Source: Candidatus Saccharimonas sp. (GTDB lineage: Bacteria > Patescibacteriota > Saccharimonadia > Saccharimonadales > Saccharimonadaceae). From it: a DNA stretch of 32,000 nucleotides. The DNA lies in the NCBI GenBank assembly GCA_015256915.3, contig CP076101.2:600001-632000 (forward strand). The letters are read 5' to 3'. The translations under genes were made by a program, and so were the position numbers. This document shows positions 17,282 to 25,852 of this stretch, piece by piece. Each line of letters opens with the position of its first letter. Within the stretch, counting starts at the first letter, position 1. The notes under the pieces are model-generated. The model saw only the letters and a list, made by a program, of their open reading frames with translations. It had not been told where the DNA came from and did not search any database.

Positions 17282-17681
17282 CCAAGAATTTTGGTTTGCA
17301 GCAATTGGCGGGTTGAATACAATTCTAGATTTTGTAATTCTTTTTGGACTAACTTCTCTTGGAATTAGCTCTTTAACTGCAAACATTTTCTCAACTGGGA
17401 TTACTTTTATAAATAGCTTTAGTTTAAATAAGAAAATCACTTTTAAATCAGTTTCAAAAAGCAAAAAAAAACTTGTTCGAGAAATGGCACTTTTTATTAT
17501 TGTAACACTTTTTGGACTTTGGGTTATTCAAGGTGTGATAATTTTTCTAACTTTACCATTTTTCGAAAGTATTTTAAAAAATCCAAAAATATCGCTTTTA
17601 ATTTCAAAACTTATCGCTACTGTCTTCAGCTTAATCTGGAACTTTATCCTTTACAAAAAAGTTGTCTTCAATAAAGATTAA
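17250..17681 (+). CDS. GtrA-like small membrane protein (putative polyprenyl-P-sugar flippase)
   Basis: 143 aa with four TM helices. The N-terminus FWFAAIGGLNTILDFVILFGL and C-terminus WNFILYKKVVF are typical of the GtrA family. Overlaps the GtrB-like gene by 32 nt. Confidence 0.8.
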   Translation: MKNLLKKLKNSQEFWFAAIGGLNTILDFVILFGLTSLGISSLTANIFSTGITFINSFSLNKKITFKSVSKSKKKLVREMALFIIVTLFGLWVIQGVIIFLTLPFFESILKNPKISLLISKLIATVFSLIWNFILYKKVVFNKD

Positions 17682-17746
17682 ACATAATTATTTACTGAAG
17701 AAATTTATAATTGATTTGTAAGCCATTTTTAAACTAAAAACAAAGT

Positions 17747-17773
17747 AAAATAAGCCTTCAAAAGACTTATTTT
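17747..17773. terminator. Weak AT-rich hairpin between convergent gtrA-like and jag genes
   Basis: AAAATAAG ccttcaaaaga CTTATTTT followed by TTTT. Only two G:C pairs, and it overlaps the jag stop codon. Confidence 0.3.
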
Positions 17774-18240
17774 TTCGAAATAATTAATTGTCGTTCGCGA
17801 CCTTCACCTTCAGAATGTGTTTCGATATCTGAATAATCTTGAGCTAATTTATGGACAGTGAAGCGGTCAGTCGGATTTAAATTTAATCGGTAAGGCTCAC
17901 CAGTTTTTCGAACTTGTTCAATCCATTTTTCAGCTTTTTCAGTAATTTTTTGAGCTCGTTGTTTTTTATAATCTGCAACATCAATATTTACACGGTGAAT
18001 TTCAGCATTTTTAGCCTCAAGCGCTCGTGAAATTAAAAATTGTAATGAACGTAAATTTCCAGAATCACGACCAATAAATAAAGAGTTTAGTTCGCTTGAA
18101 GGAACTGAAAGCTGAATAATTTCATCATCCGCAGTTGAATGAACCGCCAGATTAACTCCAAAAAAGCTCAAAATATCTTCCAAAAACTTTTGTGCAAAAA
18201 CAATTGATTCTTCTCGATTCATATTACCTCCGTTTTCCAT
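17767..18240 (-). CDS. jag: Jag/SpoIIIJ-associated RNA-binding protein (KH + R3H domains)
   Basis: IGRDSGNLRSLQFLISRAL (KH-like) and a C-terminal R3H (DRFTVHKLAQDYSDIETHSEGEGRERQLII). Conserved position downstream of yidC. An alternative start is the ATG at 18222, preceded by GGAGGT. Confidence 0.8.
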   Translation of the reverse strand: MENGGNMNREESIVFAQKFLEDILSFFGVNLAVHSTADDEIIQLSVPSSELNSLFIGRDSGNLRSLQFLISRALEAKNAEIHRVNIDVADYKKQRAQKITEKAEKWIEQVRKTGEPYRLNLNPTDRFTVHKLAQDYSDIETHSEGEGRERQLIISKK

Positions 18241-19186
18241 CTTTCGCTTTAATTCTTCGAATATTCGTTCCGCCTTTCTCTTTCGAATTTTTCTTTATCG
18301 TCTTAGATGGTGTATTTTTTACAATGATTGCTTCTTTAGTATTTTTAATCTTATTTTTTGGAGATTCCTGAGCAATTTTTTCCATCTCTTTTGAATCAAT
18401 TGAGAAAATATATTTTTGCTGAATAATTTGAATAATATTCGAAATTAGGTAATAAAAAATCAAAGCACCATAAAGCCCCATCATAAGAAAGAACAAAATT
18501 ACTGGGAGAATTAAATTCATATTAGAATTTACAGCAGCGTTAAGTTCTGCTTGATTTGGCTCTTTCCCTTCTGCTGCCTCCTTAAAAATATCACGAATCC
18601 GACGATTACCATTTTTTGGCTGAGTCTGCCGAACCATATACCACTGCGAAAGTGTTAGTCCAACTAAAATTATCATCATAAAACCGCTTGAAAGGTCATT
18701 TAAAGGCACAGCCGTATCTGTTAAGTCGATAACTCCAAGGAATTTTGGTTCAAGTTTTTTGCTTGAAATAACATCACTCACGCGACTCATTTGTGCAACT
18801 GGCTGATATACCCATTTCGAAATTTGATCAGGCGTATTCACTACAATTCGCATCACACTAAAGAAAGTTAACAGGATTGGCAGCTGAATAAATAAAGCCA
18901 GCATTGAACGAAATGGCTTGAAATTATGACGGCGATAAAGTTCCATCATCTGTAAAGTTTCAGCTTGCTTATTACCTTTCGAATTTTTGCGAATTTTTTG
19001 CAATTCTGGCTGAAGCTCTCGCATAACTTTTGATTGATGAAGCTGACTCTTTGTAAGTGGCCACATCAAAAATCGCACAATTAAAGTGAAGATAATAATT
19101 GTGAAGCCAAAATCGCCAATAAAGTTATAAATCACCAATAATAGGTTCAAAATTGGCTGAGTAATAAATAATTCAAATAAATTCAT
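18224..19186 (-). CDS. yidC: YidC/Oxa1-family membrane protein insertase (short, Gram-positive type) with basic C-terminal tail
   Basis: FTIIIFTLIVRFLMWPLTKSQLHQSKVMRELQPELQKIRK...ETLQMMELYRRHNFKPF. rnpA-yidC-jag synteny. Confidence 0.9.
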   Translation of the reverse strand: MNLFELFITQPILNLLLVIYNFIGDFGFTIIIFTLIVRFLMWPLTKSQLHQSKVMRELQPELQKIRKNSKGNKQAETLQMMELYRRHNFKPFRSMLALFIQLPILLTFFSVMRIVVNTPDQISKWVYQPVAQMSRVSDVISSKKLEPKFLGVIDLTDTAVPLNDLSSGFMMIILVGLTLSQWYMVRQTQPKNGNRRIRDIFKEAAEGKEPNQAELNAAVNSNMNLILPVILFFLMMGLYGALIFYYLISNIIQIIQQKYIFSIDSKEMEKIAQESPKNKIKNTKEAIIVKNTPSKTIKKNSKEKGGTNIRRIKAKDGKRR

Positions 19187-19209
19187 ATCTATTATTATAC
19201 TACTTTCTA

Positions 19210-19563
19210 CTACTTATTACAATAAAAATCAGCCTCTTTAAAGATATCAATTATAGCTTCTTTAAGTTCTTCATGCGGAATATCTTTTATGCTTTTATGA
19301 AAAATCATCACTACAACATCAAAAGTGCCATCAATTTTTGGTAGTTCATGGCGAATAATTTCATAAACTCGCCGGCGAATTCGATTTCGGCCAACCGCGC
19401 TCTTTAAAACCTTTTTCGAAACCACAACCGCAAAACGTGAATCTTTACGGCGTGGATTTTGTGCAAATTTCACGGTAATTTTTTGTGTACGAACTGAAGT
19501 TCCGTTTGAATAAACATAACGCAAGCTACCATGACCATGAAATCTATTTTTATAAGCTAACAT
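19210..19563 (-). CDS. rnpA: Ribonuclease P protein component
   Basis: 117 aa, basic, with the RNR motif region VVSKKVLKSAVGRNRIRRRVYEIIR. Located upstream of yidC. No rpmH ORF lies in the 78 nt upstream. Confidence 0.85.
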   Translation of the reverse strand: MLAYKNRFHGHGSLRYVYSNGTSVRTQKITVKFAQNPRRKDSRFAVVVSKKVLKSAVGRNRIRRRVYEIIRHELPKIDGTFDVVVMIFHKSIKDIPHEELKEAIIDIFKEADFYCNK

Positions 19564-19573
19564 AACTGTTTAT

Positions 19574-19602
19574 ATTTTAGCATTTTTTAAGTAATTTAGC
19601 AA
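19574..19602 (-). promoter_or_regulatory. Promoter of rnpA-yidC-jag: TTGCTA -17 nt- (TGc)TAAAAT, 10 nt upstream of ATG 19563
   Basis: The minus strand reads TTGCTAaattacttaaaaaaTGcTAAAATataaacagttATG. Confidence 0.5.
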
Positions 19603-19605
19603 ATT

Positions 19606-19632
19606 AAAACGAGCTCACAGTAAGCCCGTTTT
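19606..19632 (-). terminator. Rho-independent terminator after the DUF4352-like gene
   Basis: Minus-strand RNA AAAACGGGC-uuacuguga-GCUCGUUUU followed by AAUUU. One internal mismatch. Confidence 0.5.
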
Positions 19633-19641
19633 AAAAATTTA

Positions 19642-20266
19642 TTATAGATTAACAATAACTTTTTTATTAGACCAAAATGATGGTTGATAATGGAGTTTTA
19701 GTGAAGAACCAGCAGGGACTTCAAAAATTATCGAACCGCTCTTTTTACCACCTTTTACTAAATCACCAGAACCAAGACTATCTGGTAGGCTATAAGTTTG
19801 TCCATCAGCGCTTTCAGCGGCTCCGTTAGAATCTTCAGCCTTAAATTCAAAAAACATTATAGTTCATCTCTGTTTCAGATTTATTTTCAATCTTTACTGA
19901 AACTTTTACATATTCTTTGCCATCTTTTGGTTTTAAATAAGCATTTCCAGAATTCCAGTTTCGCTCAACCTTTTCAACGGTCAATTCTTTTCCATCGAAC
20001 GCAATTATATCACCAACATTGAATTCAGTTTTTTCTTCTTTTTTAGACTCACCTTTTTGAGTTTGAGATGATCCGTTTGATCCAGAATTTTTATTTTCAC
20101 CAACTTTTTCAGGCTGTTTATATTGGCTACCAATAGCAATAATTACAACTATAACAATCCAAAACCAAGCTTTTTTATAGAATGGCTTCTCAGATTTAGT
20201 TTTCGAAGATATTCTATTTAGCTGCTTGCTATCATTAGATTCTACAGTTGATTTTTCTTCTTTCAT
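19642..20266 (-). pseudogene. DUF4352-like membrane-anchored surface protein gene, interrupted by a frameshift in a T6 (A6 on + strand) run
   Basis: ORFs 19847..20266 (TM anchor, S/G/K-rich linker, NVGDIIAFDGKELTVEKVERNW...KEYVKVSVKIENKSETEMNYNVF) and 19642..19857 (FEFKAEDSNG...GDLVKGGKKSGSIIFEVPAGSSLKLHYQP) together form one DUF4352-type beta-sandwich domain. Removing one A from 19849-19854 fuses them in frame (...NYNVFEFKAED...). Confidence 0.75.
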
Positions 20267-20304
20267 TATAACTCCCTTTATAAAATATTAATTATTACAT
20301 AATC

Positions 20305-20335
20305 ATTTTACCCCCCCCCCGATATATTTTGTCAA
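20305..20335 (-). promoter_or_regulatory. Promoter TTGACA -19 nt- TAAAAT whose spacer contains a G10 homopolymer
   Basis: The minus strand reads TTGACAaaatatatcGGGGGGGGGGTAAAATgattatgtaataattaatattttataaAGGGAGttataATG (ATG = 20266). -35 = 20330-20335, -10 = 20305-20310. Confidence 0.6.
20311..20320. repeat. C10/G10 homopolymer tract
   Basis: cccccccccc on the + strand. It is the only long G/C homopolymer I saw in this AT-rich window. Confidence 0.95.
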
Positions 20336-20348
20336 GTATAAAAATAAA

Positions 20349-20374
20349 AAAAGAGGCTTTCAAAAACCTCTTTT
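20349..20374 (-). terminator. Rho-independent terminator of lepA
   Basis: Minus strand AAAAGAGG-tttttgaaag-CCTCTTTT followed by TTTATTTT. The 5' arm overlaps the TAA stop. Confidence 0.65.
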
Positions 20375-21599
20375 AATCTCGTTTTAGCATTACAGTAAAA
20401 GCTTCGCTCGGAATTTCAACATTTCCAAATTTCTTCATTCGCTTTTTACCACGTTTTTGTTTAGCAAGCAGTTTTTTCTTTCGAGAAACATCGCCACCGT
20501 AAAGATAACCAGTCACGTCTTTTCGATAAGCCGAAATATTCTCGCGCGCGATAAACTTTCCGCCAATCGCCGCTTGAATCGCCACCTGGAAATTCTGTCG
20601 CGGAATAACTTCTTTCAATTTTGCAGTAATTTCACGACCCATTCGTACACTTTCCGAACGGTGACACATCACCGAAAGCGCATCAACCATTTCGCCCGCA
20701 ACATAAAAATCCACACGCACCAAATCTTCTACCAAATAATCCCAAAGTTCATAATTAAATGAACCATAACCAGATGTAACGCTTTTCAATTGATCATAAA
20801 AATCGGTCAAAAGGTTAGCGAGTGGTGCTTCGAAAGAGACCAAAACACGCTCATCAATATAGCTTAAATTCTTTTGCAAACCGCGTTTCGAAACAATCAG
20901 CTGGATTACAGCACCAACATAATCTTTTGGTACCACAATTTCACCTTTAATCCACGGCTCACGAATTTCAGAAATTTTTGTTTGATCAGGTAAATCAGCA
21001 GCACTTTTAATATCTAATTCTTCACCTGTTGTCAAAATAACATGATAGTCGGTTGAAGGATTAGTTACCACCAAATCTAAGTCGTATTCACGTTCCAAAC
21101 GCTCGCGAACAATATCCATATGAAGAAGACCAAGAAAGCCAATTCGCACGCCAAAACCTAAAACTGGTGAATTCTCTGGTTCGAATTGAAGTGCAGAATC
21201 ACTTAAACTTAATTTTTCAACCGCATCTTTCAAATCTTGATAATCTTCATTTGAAACCGGGAAAAACCCAGCATAAACGAACGGCTGAACGTTTTGATAA
21301 CCAGGTAGAGGCTCACTAGCAGGATTTTTCGAAAGAGTTACAGTATCACCAACTTTTGCCTCACGGGTAGTTTTTAAGTTAGTCACAATGTATCCAATCT
21401 CGCCCGCACTCATTTTATCGTATGGTGTCATTTTTGGCTGAAGCTTACCAATTTCTAGCGCCAAACCTTTTGAATCTGTCGCCATCATTTTAATTTCTTC
21501 ACCTTTTTTTAGCTCACCCGAAAAAATACGCACGTATAAAATTACGCCACGGTAATCATCATAATAACTATCAAAAATTAAAGCTTTTAGTGGTTTCAT
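20373..21599 (-). CDS. lepA: Elongation factor 4 (LepA), C-terminal 408 aa (domains II-V and LepA C-terminal domain), a separate ORF
   Basis: KPLKALIFDSYYDDYRGVILYVRIFSGELKKGEEI...GFLGLLHMDIVRERLEREYDLDLVVT...LLAKQKRGKKRMK. The ATG overlaps the stop of the G-domain ORF (TAATG), with AAGGAG 5 nt upstream. Confidence 0.93.
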   Translation of the reverse strand: MKPLKALIFDSYYDDYRGVILYVRIFSGELKKGEEIKMMATDSKGLALEIGKLQPKMTPYDKMSAGEIGYIVTNLKTTREAKVGDTVTLSKNPASEPLPGYQNVQPFVYAGFFPVSNEDYQDLKDAVEKLSLSDSALQFEPENSPVLGFGVRIGFLGLLHMDIVRERLEREYDLDLVVTNPSTDYHVILTTGEELDIKSAADLPDQTKISEIREPWIKGEIVVPKDYVGAVIQLIVSKRGLQKNLSYIDERVLVSFEAPLANLLTDFYDQLKSVTSGYGSFNYELWDYLVEDLVRVDFYVAGEMVDALSVMCHRSESVRMGREITAKLKEVIPRQNFQVAIQAAIGGKFIARENISAYRKDVTGYLYGGDVSRKKKLLAKQKRGKKRMKKFGNVEIPSEAFTVMLKRD

Positions 21600-22150
21600 T
21601 AAATCTCCTTTGGTGCAGGAATTTTCTCAATCACCGCATTTAAAACTTCTTCAACACCCATTCCTGTTTTGGCTGAAATATGTAAAATTTCACTTTCATC
21701 ACAACCTAAAAGATTAATAACTTCTTTCGAAACTCGCGGAATATCTGCTGCGGGTAAATCAATTTTATTCAAAACTGGAATAATTTTTAAATCTGCCGCC
21801 ATTGCAAGATAAACATTAGCCAAAGTTTGTGCTTGAATCCCTTGCGAAGCATCAACCACTAAAATTGCACCTTCACAAGCTTGAAGAGAACGCGAAACTT
21901 CATAGGAAAAGTCAACATGTCCAGGAGTGTCAATTAAATTCAATTCTATCCCCTGCCAATTCATTGTTACAGGCGCAAGTTTAATTGTAATTCCTTTTTC
22001 GCGCTCCAAATCCATCGAGTCTAAAAGCTGCGACTTCATATCACGTTTTTGAACAGTACCGGTAATTTCCATCATTCGGTCAGCTAAGGTCGACTTACCG
22101 TGATCAATATGAGCAATAATACAAAAATTTCTAATCTTTTCTAAATTCAT
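21599..22150 (-). CDS. lepA: Elongation factor 4 (LepA), N-terminal 183-aa GTPase domain, a separate ORF
   Basis: [20 protein letters not shown] (G1), DTPGHVDF (G3), NKIDL (G4), ending ...[11 protein letters not shown]. Confidence 0.93.
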   Translation of the reverse strand: MNLEKIRNFCIIAHIDHGKSTLADRMMEITGTVQKRDMKSQLLDSMDLEREKGITIKLAPVTMNWQGIELNLIDTPGHVDFSYEVSRSLQACEGAILVVDASQGIQAQTLANVYLAMAADLKIIPVLNKIDLPAADIPRVSKEVINLLGCDESEILHISAKTGMGVEEVLNAVIEKIPAPKEI

Positions 22151-22161
22151 AAACTTTCTAT

Positions 22162-22190
22162 ATTTTAACAGATTTTTAAAGTTTAGGCAA
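22162..22190 (-). promoter_or_regulatory. lepA promoter: TTGCCT -17 nt- (TGt)TAAAAT, 11 nt upstream of ATG 22150
   Basis: The minus strand reads TTGCCTaaactttaaaaatcTGtTAAAATatagaaagtttATG. Confidence 0.5.
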
Positions 22191-22191
22191 A

Positions 22192-23823
22192 TTATTTAAT
22201 CTTAACTTGCACGAAAATCATCTTTTTAATTTGCGAAATAATCGGCTCAGCTTCTTCAAGTTTTAATAATTTTGCGACCAAGACATAAGTTGTTGAACTA
22301 ACTAATCCGATAAATATAAATTTTGGAAAAGTTGAGAAGAATCGTAAATCAGAGCCAAGCAAAGGCATTCTCGCCACCAATAAATAACAAATTAAACCAG
22401 CTGTAGCACTAGCAATCACCATTCGAAAAATCCCTAAAAGAAATTGTGCGTCAAAAAGCCCATCAATTCTTTTTCGCATCAAAAATAGTAAAATCACAAT
22501 TTCAAGAACTGCGCCAATCGCCTGCGCCCAAGCTAATCCATAAGCACCAAATTTAAAAATTAAGCTGAAAATTATCGCCAAAACAATATTCAAACCAATT
22601 GCAACCAACGAGATATAAAATGGTGTTTTTGTATCTTCCATTGCGTAAAAACTCCTTGCTGCAATATGATAAATTGAACGTGCAAAAATCGAAAGAACAA
22701 GAACACCCAAAAGCCCAGCAATCAAATCATCACCACCGTTTTTAATAAAGCTAACGATATAGCCACGCAAAAAGAAGAACAAAACCGAAACTGGCAAAGC
22801 TAAGAAAATAATCATTCGAAGAGCCGATTGTAGATCTTTTCGAAAGAGATCTTTTCGGCCGATTGCTAATCTTTCAGTTAAATTCGGGAAAAAAGCGGTA
22901 GAAATCGCCACACCAATTAAGTTTACTGGCATCATTTGAAGAGTTAAACTTTGCGAATAAGCACGAACTGTTCCCGAACCCATTCGGCTTGCCATATTTG
23001 TTTCAACAATTGAATTTACGTAGTCTAAACCTTGATCCATTGAGCGTGTTGGTAGCAGCTTCATTACCTGCTGAAATCCTCTATTTTTCCAGAAAATTCG
23101 AAATTGATATTTAAAATCAACACCAATTAAACCAGCTGCTGCAATCAAAAGTTGCAAAACCGATCCAAAAGCAACACCGATTGCTACACCCATAATTCCG
23201 CCTTCAAAAATTTGAATACCAAAAATATTAATTCCATTTGTGAAAAACACTGTTCCGATAATAATTCCAATGTTGTAAATTGCAGGCGCAAGAGCTGAAA
23301 AAGTAAATCTTCCAATTGCTTGCTGAACACTTGTCAAAACTGTTGCAATCGCAAAAAGAAATGGATTAATTGCAATCACACGCATCATTGATATAGCTAA
23401 AGATCGCGAAGATTCACTTAAACCTGGGCCAACAATATATTTAACTAAAGGCTCTGCGAAAATAATAATTAAAACAGATGTTACTAAAGTTAAAAGTGCT
23501 AACAAATTTAAAACACTCGAACTTAATTCCCAAGCAGATTTTTTATTTCGATTTGCCATTCGCTGGTTAAAAACTGGAATAAACGTTACACTTAAAGCTC
23601 CCGAAACCAAAATGAAAAACATAAAATCAGGAATTGTAAAAGCTACCGTGTAAGCATCAATTCCGTCTGGGTAAGAATCTAAATAATACGAATTTAAAAG
23701 CCTGTCTCGCAAAAAGCCTAACAAGCTCGACAAAAGCGTCGAGCTCGCAAGAACGATTGCTGCAAATTTTACTGTTAATCTTGAGTTAGCTTTCGAAACA
23801 ATTGATCTAACTTTTGATTTCAT
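22192..23823 (-). CDS. murJ: Lipid II flippase MurJ (MviN family)
   Basis: 543 aa with about 14 TM helices. N-terminal [27 protein letters not shown] is characteristic of MurJ. Starts 2 nt after the ftsH stop. Confidence 0.85.
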   Translation of the reverse strand: MKSKVRSIVSKANSRLTVKFAAIVLASSTLLSSLLGFLRDRLLNSYYLDSYPDGIDAYTVAFTIPDFMFFILVSGALSVTFIPVFNQRMANRNKKSAWELSSSVLNLLALLTLVTSVLIIIFAEPLVKYIVGPGLSESSRSLAISMMRVIAINPFLFAIATVLTSVQQAIGRFTFSALAPAIYNIGIIIGTVFFTNGINIFGIQIFEGGIMGVAIGVAFGSVLQLLIAAAGLIGVDFKYQFRIFWKNRGFQQVMKLLPTRSMDQGLDYVNSIVETNMASRMGSGTVRAYSQSLTLQMMPVNLIGVAISTAFFPNLTERLAIGRKDLFRKDLQSALRMIIFLALPVSVLFFFLRGYIVSFIKNGGDDLIAGLLGVLVLSIFARSIYHIAARSFYAMEDTKTPFYISLVAIGLNIVLAIIFSLIFKFGAYGLAWAQAIGAVLEIVILLFLMRKRIDGLFDAQFLLGIFRMVIASATAGLICYLLVARMPLLGSDLRFFSTFPKFIFIGLVSSTTYVLVAKLLKLEEAEPIISQIKKMIFVQVKIK

Positions 23824-23825
23824 AA

Positions 23826-25682
23826 TTAATCGTGAAGTTTTGCTTCCTTAGGCAATTTAGCATTTTTTAAAATTTCAGCAACTTCTTTTTCATCAAGGGT
23901 TTCTTTTTCGAGAAGTGCATCTGTTAATTCTTTGAGCGGTTTTTTATTCGCTTTAAGAATTGTGGCAGCACGCTCAACGGCCTCTTTAATTAATTTAGCA
24001 ATTTCTGCATCAATTTTTTCAGCGGTTTTTTCAGAATATGGTCGCTCGCGAGTCATTTTGTCAAAGAACATTCCAGAATTTTCTTCATGAAAAACTTGAT
24101 CAAGTAAATCTTCACCCATACCAAATTCAATTACCATATTTCGAGCAATATCAGTTGCATTTCGAAGGTCGCTTGATGCTCCGGTTGAAATTCCAGCCTC
24201 GCCATAAATCAACATTTCAGCCTGACGTCCACCCATTGCGCGCGCCAAGATATCTTTATATTCGAAAATATTTGTATAGCTTCGATCTTCTGGCGGTAAA
24301 AACCATGTTACACCACCAGTTCCACCACGCGGAATAATTGTAACCTTATGAACTGGGTCTGAATCTGGTAAAACATGGCCAACAACAGCATGGCCAGCTT
24401 CATGCCAAGCGGTAGTTTCACGTTCTAAATCACTCATAACTTTTGATTTTCGTTCTGGGCCAATCGCCACTTTTTCGAAAGCTTCAGTTAGATCTTCATT
24501 AGTAATTACTTCACGGTTATTTCGTGCTGCTAAAATAGCTGCTTCATTTGCAATGTTTGCAAGGTCAGCACCTGCAGAACCAGCAGTTTTCTTTGCTAAT
24601 GCGTTCAAATCAACAGATTCATCAACTTTTTTATTCTTGAAATGAACCTCTAAAATTGCTAAACGATCTTTTCTTTCAGGAAGAGAAATTTCTACACGGC
24701 GGTCAAATCGGCCAGGTCGAAGAAGGGCTGGGTCGAGTACATCAGCACGGTTAGTTGCAGCCAAAACAATAACACCAGTATCCTTTTCGAAACCATCCAT
24801 TTCAACCAAAATTTGGTTCAAGGTTTGTTCACGTTCATCATGGCCTCCACCCATTCCAGAGCCACGTTTTCTGCCGACCGCATCAATTTCATCAATAAAG
24901 ATGATCGCTGGAGCATTCTTTTTTGCTTTCGAAAACAAATCTCGAACACGTGAAGCACCAACGCCAACAAACATTTCCATAAATTCTGAACCTGAAATCG
25001 AGAAAAATGGAACTTTCGCCTCACCCGCAACAGCACGAGCTAACATTGTTTTACCAGTTCCTGGGTTTCCAACCATCAAAATACCACTTGGGATTTTTGC
25101 ACCCATTTTTTGGTATTTTTTAGGATCTTTCAAAAAATCAACAACTTCATATAAATCTTGTTTAGCGTTTTCATTTCCAGCAATATCTTCAAATTTAATC
25201 TTCTTTTTATCTTCACCGTAAAGTTTTGCTCGAGATTTGCCGAAATTCATTGCTTGCGAATTTTGACCAGTTGCCGAACGCATAATTAGCATAAAGAAAG
25301 CTACAATCGCAATAACTGGCACAATCATAACTGTTAAATTCCAAATTATTTCCGAAGAGTTATCAACTGGCATTACATCAACAGTAGTCTTTCCTTTTTC
25401 AAGCCCTTGTTCATAAATTGTTCCACTTTCTTTAACTGATTTTTCGCTAGCTCTCTTCTCGCCTTTTCTAGTAATCCTTACATCATTTCCCTGAATTTCT
25501 AGTTTCGAAATCTCACCTTTATTAGCGCGCAAGATCACATCCGAAATAGCAACTTCTTTTAATTTATTTGAAAAAATATTTTGGCTCACCCAAATTCCAC
25601 TAAAAATAGCTATAATCACCACCCAAAAAATAACATTCAGAGATAGCTTCTTAAAATTATTGTTTTTCTTATCTTTCATCAT
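23826..25682 (-). CDS. ftsH: ATP-dependent zinc metalloprotease FtsH
   Basis: Two N-terminal TM helices, AAA+ Walker A GNPGTGKT, Walker [13 protein letters not shown], and the zinc motif HEAGHA. Confidence 0.97.
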   Translation of the reverse strand: MMKDKKNNNFKKLSLNVIFWVVIIAIFSGIWVSQNIFSNKLKEVAISDVILRANKGEISKLEIQGNDVRITRKGEKRASEKSVKESGTIYEQGLEKGKTTVDVMPVDNSSEIIWNLTVMIVPVIAIVAFFMLIMRSATGQNSQAMNFGKSRAKLYGEDKKKIKFEDIAGNENAKQDLYEVVDFLKDPKKYQKMGAKIPSGILMVGNPGTGKTMLARAVAGEAKVPFFSISGSEFMEMFVGVGASRVRDLFSKAKKNAPAIIFIDEIDAVGRKRGSGMGGGHDEREQTLNQILVEMDGFEKDTGVIVLAATNRADVLDPALLRPGRFDRRVEISLPERKDRLAILEVHFKNKKVDESVDLNALAKKTAGSAGADLANIANEAAILAARNNREVITNEDLTEAFEKVAIGPERKSKVMSDLERETTAWHEAGHAVVGHVLPDSDPVHKVTIIPRGGTGGVTWFLPPEDRSYTNIFEYKDILARAMGGRQAEMLIYGEAGISTGASSDLRNATDIARNMVIEFGMGEDLLDQVFHEENSGMFFDKMTRERPYSEKTAEKIDAEIAKLIKEAVERAATILKANKKPLKELTDALLEKETLDEKEVAEILKNAKLPKEAKLHD

Positions 25683-25710
25683 CTTCCTTTCCGGTCATTC
25701 AACTCTTACC

Positions 25711-25739
25711 ATTTTAACAAATTTTTAAAGCGTTTTCAA
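25711..25739 (-). promoter_or_regulatory. ftsH promoter: TTGAAA -17 nt- (TGt)TAAAAT, with a ~28-nt leader carrying SD GGAAAGGAAG
   Basis: The minus strand reads TTGAAAacgctttaaaaattTGtTAAAATggtaagagttgaatgaccGGAAAGGAAGatgATG. Confidence 0.55.
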
Positions 25740-25852
25740 CCAAAAAAAGAAAAACAAATTCTAATGAATCCCTATAAATCACTAACATCTCATTTTAGTT
25801 AGATTTTCATCAATATAAAAATTTTAACTCACTTTTAAACTAGATAAACTAT

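Noticed and set aside
19564-19641. Looked for rpmH (ribosomal protein L34), which usually precedes rnpA
   Set aside because: Only 78 nt separate rnpA from the upstream gene, and they are occupied by a terminator hairpin and a promoter. No ~45-codon Arg/Lys-rich ORF is present, so rpmH must be elsewhere.
21590-21612. Programmed ribosomal frameshift in lepA
   Set aside because: There is no slippery heptamer or downstream structure, and no precedent for lepA. A 1-nt indel in a short T run, real or a sequencing error, explains the split and restores the canonical spacing.
25683-25852. 170-nt tilS-ftsH intergenic region as a possible small RNA, tRNA or riboswitch
   Set aside because: It is AT-rich with no cloverleaf-compatible GC stems. 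Only a short bulged hairpin (about 25770-25800) and the ftsH promoter and SD were found, and nothing resembles a known riboswitch core.
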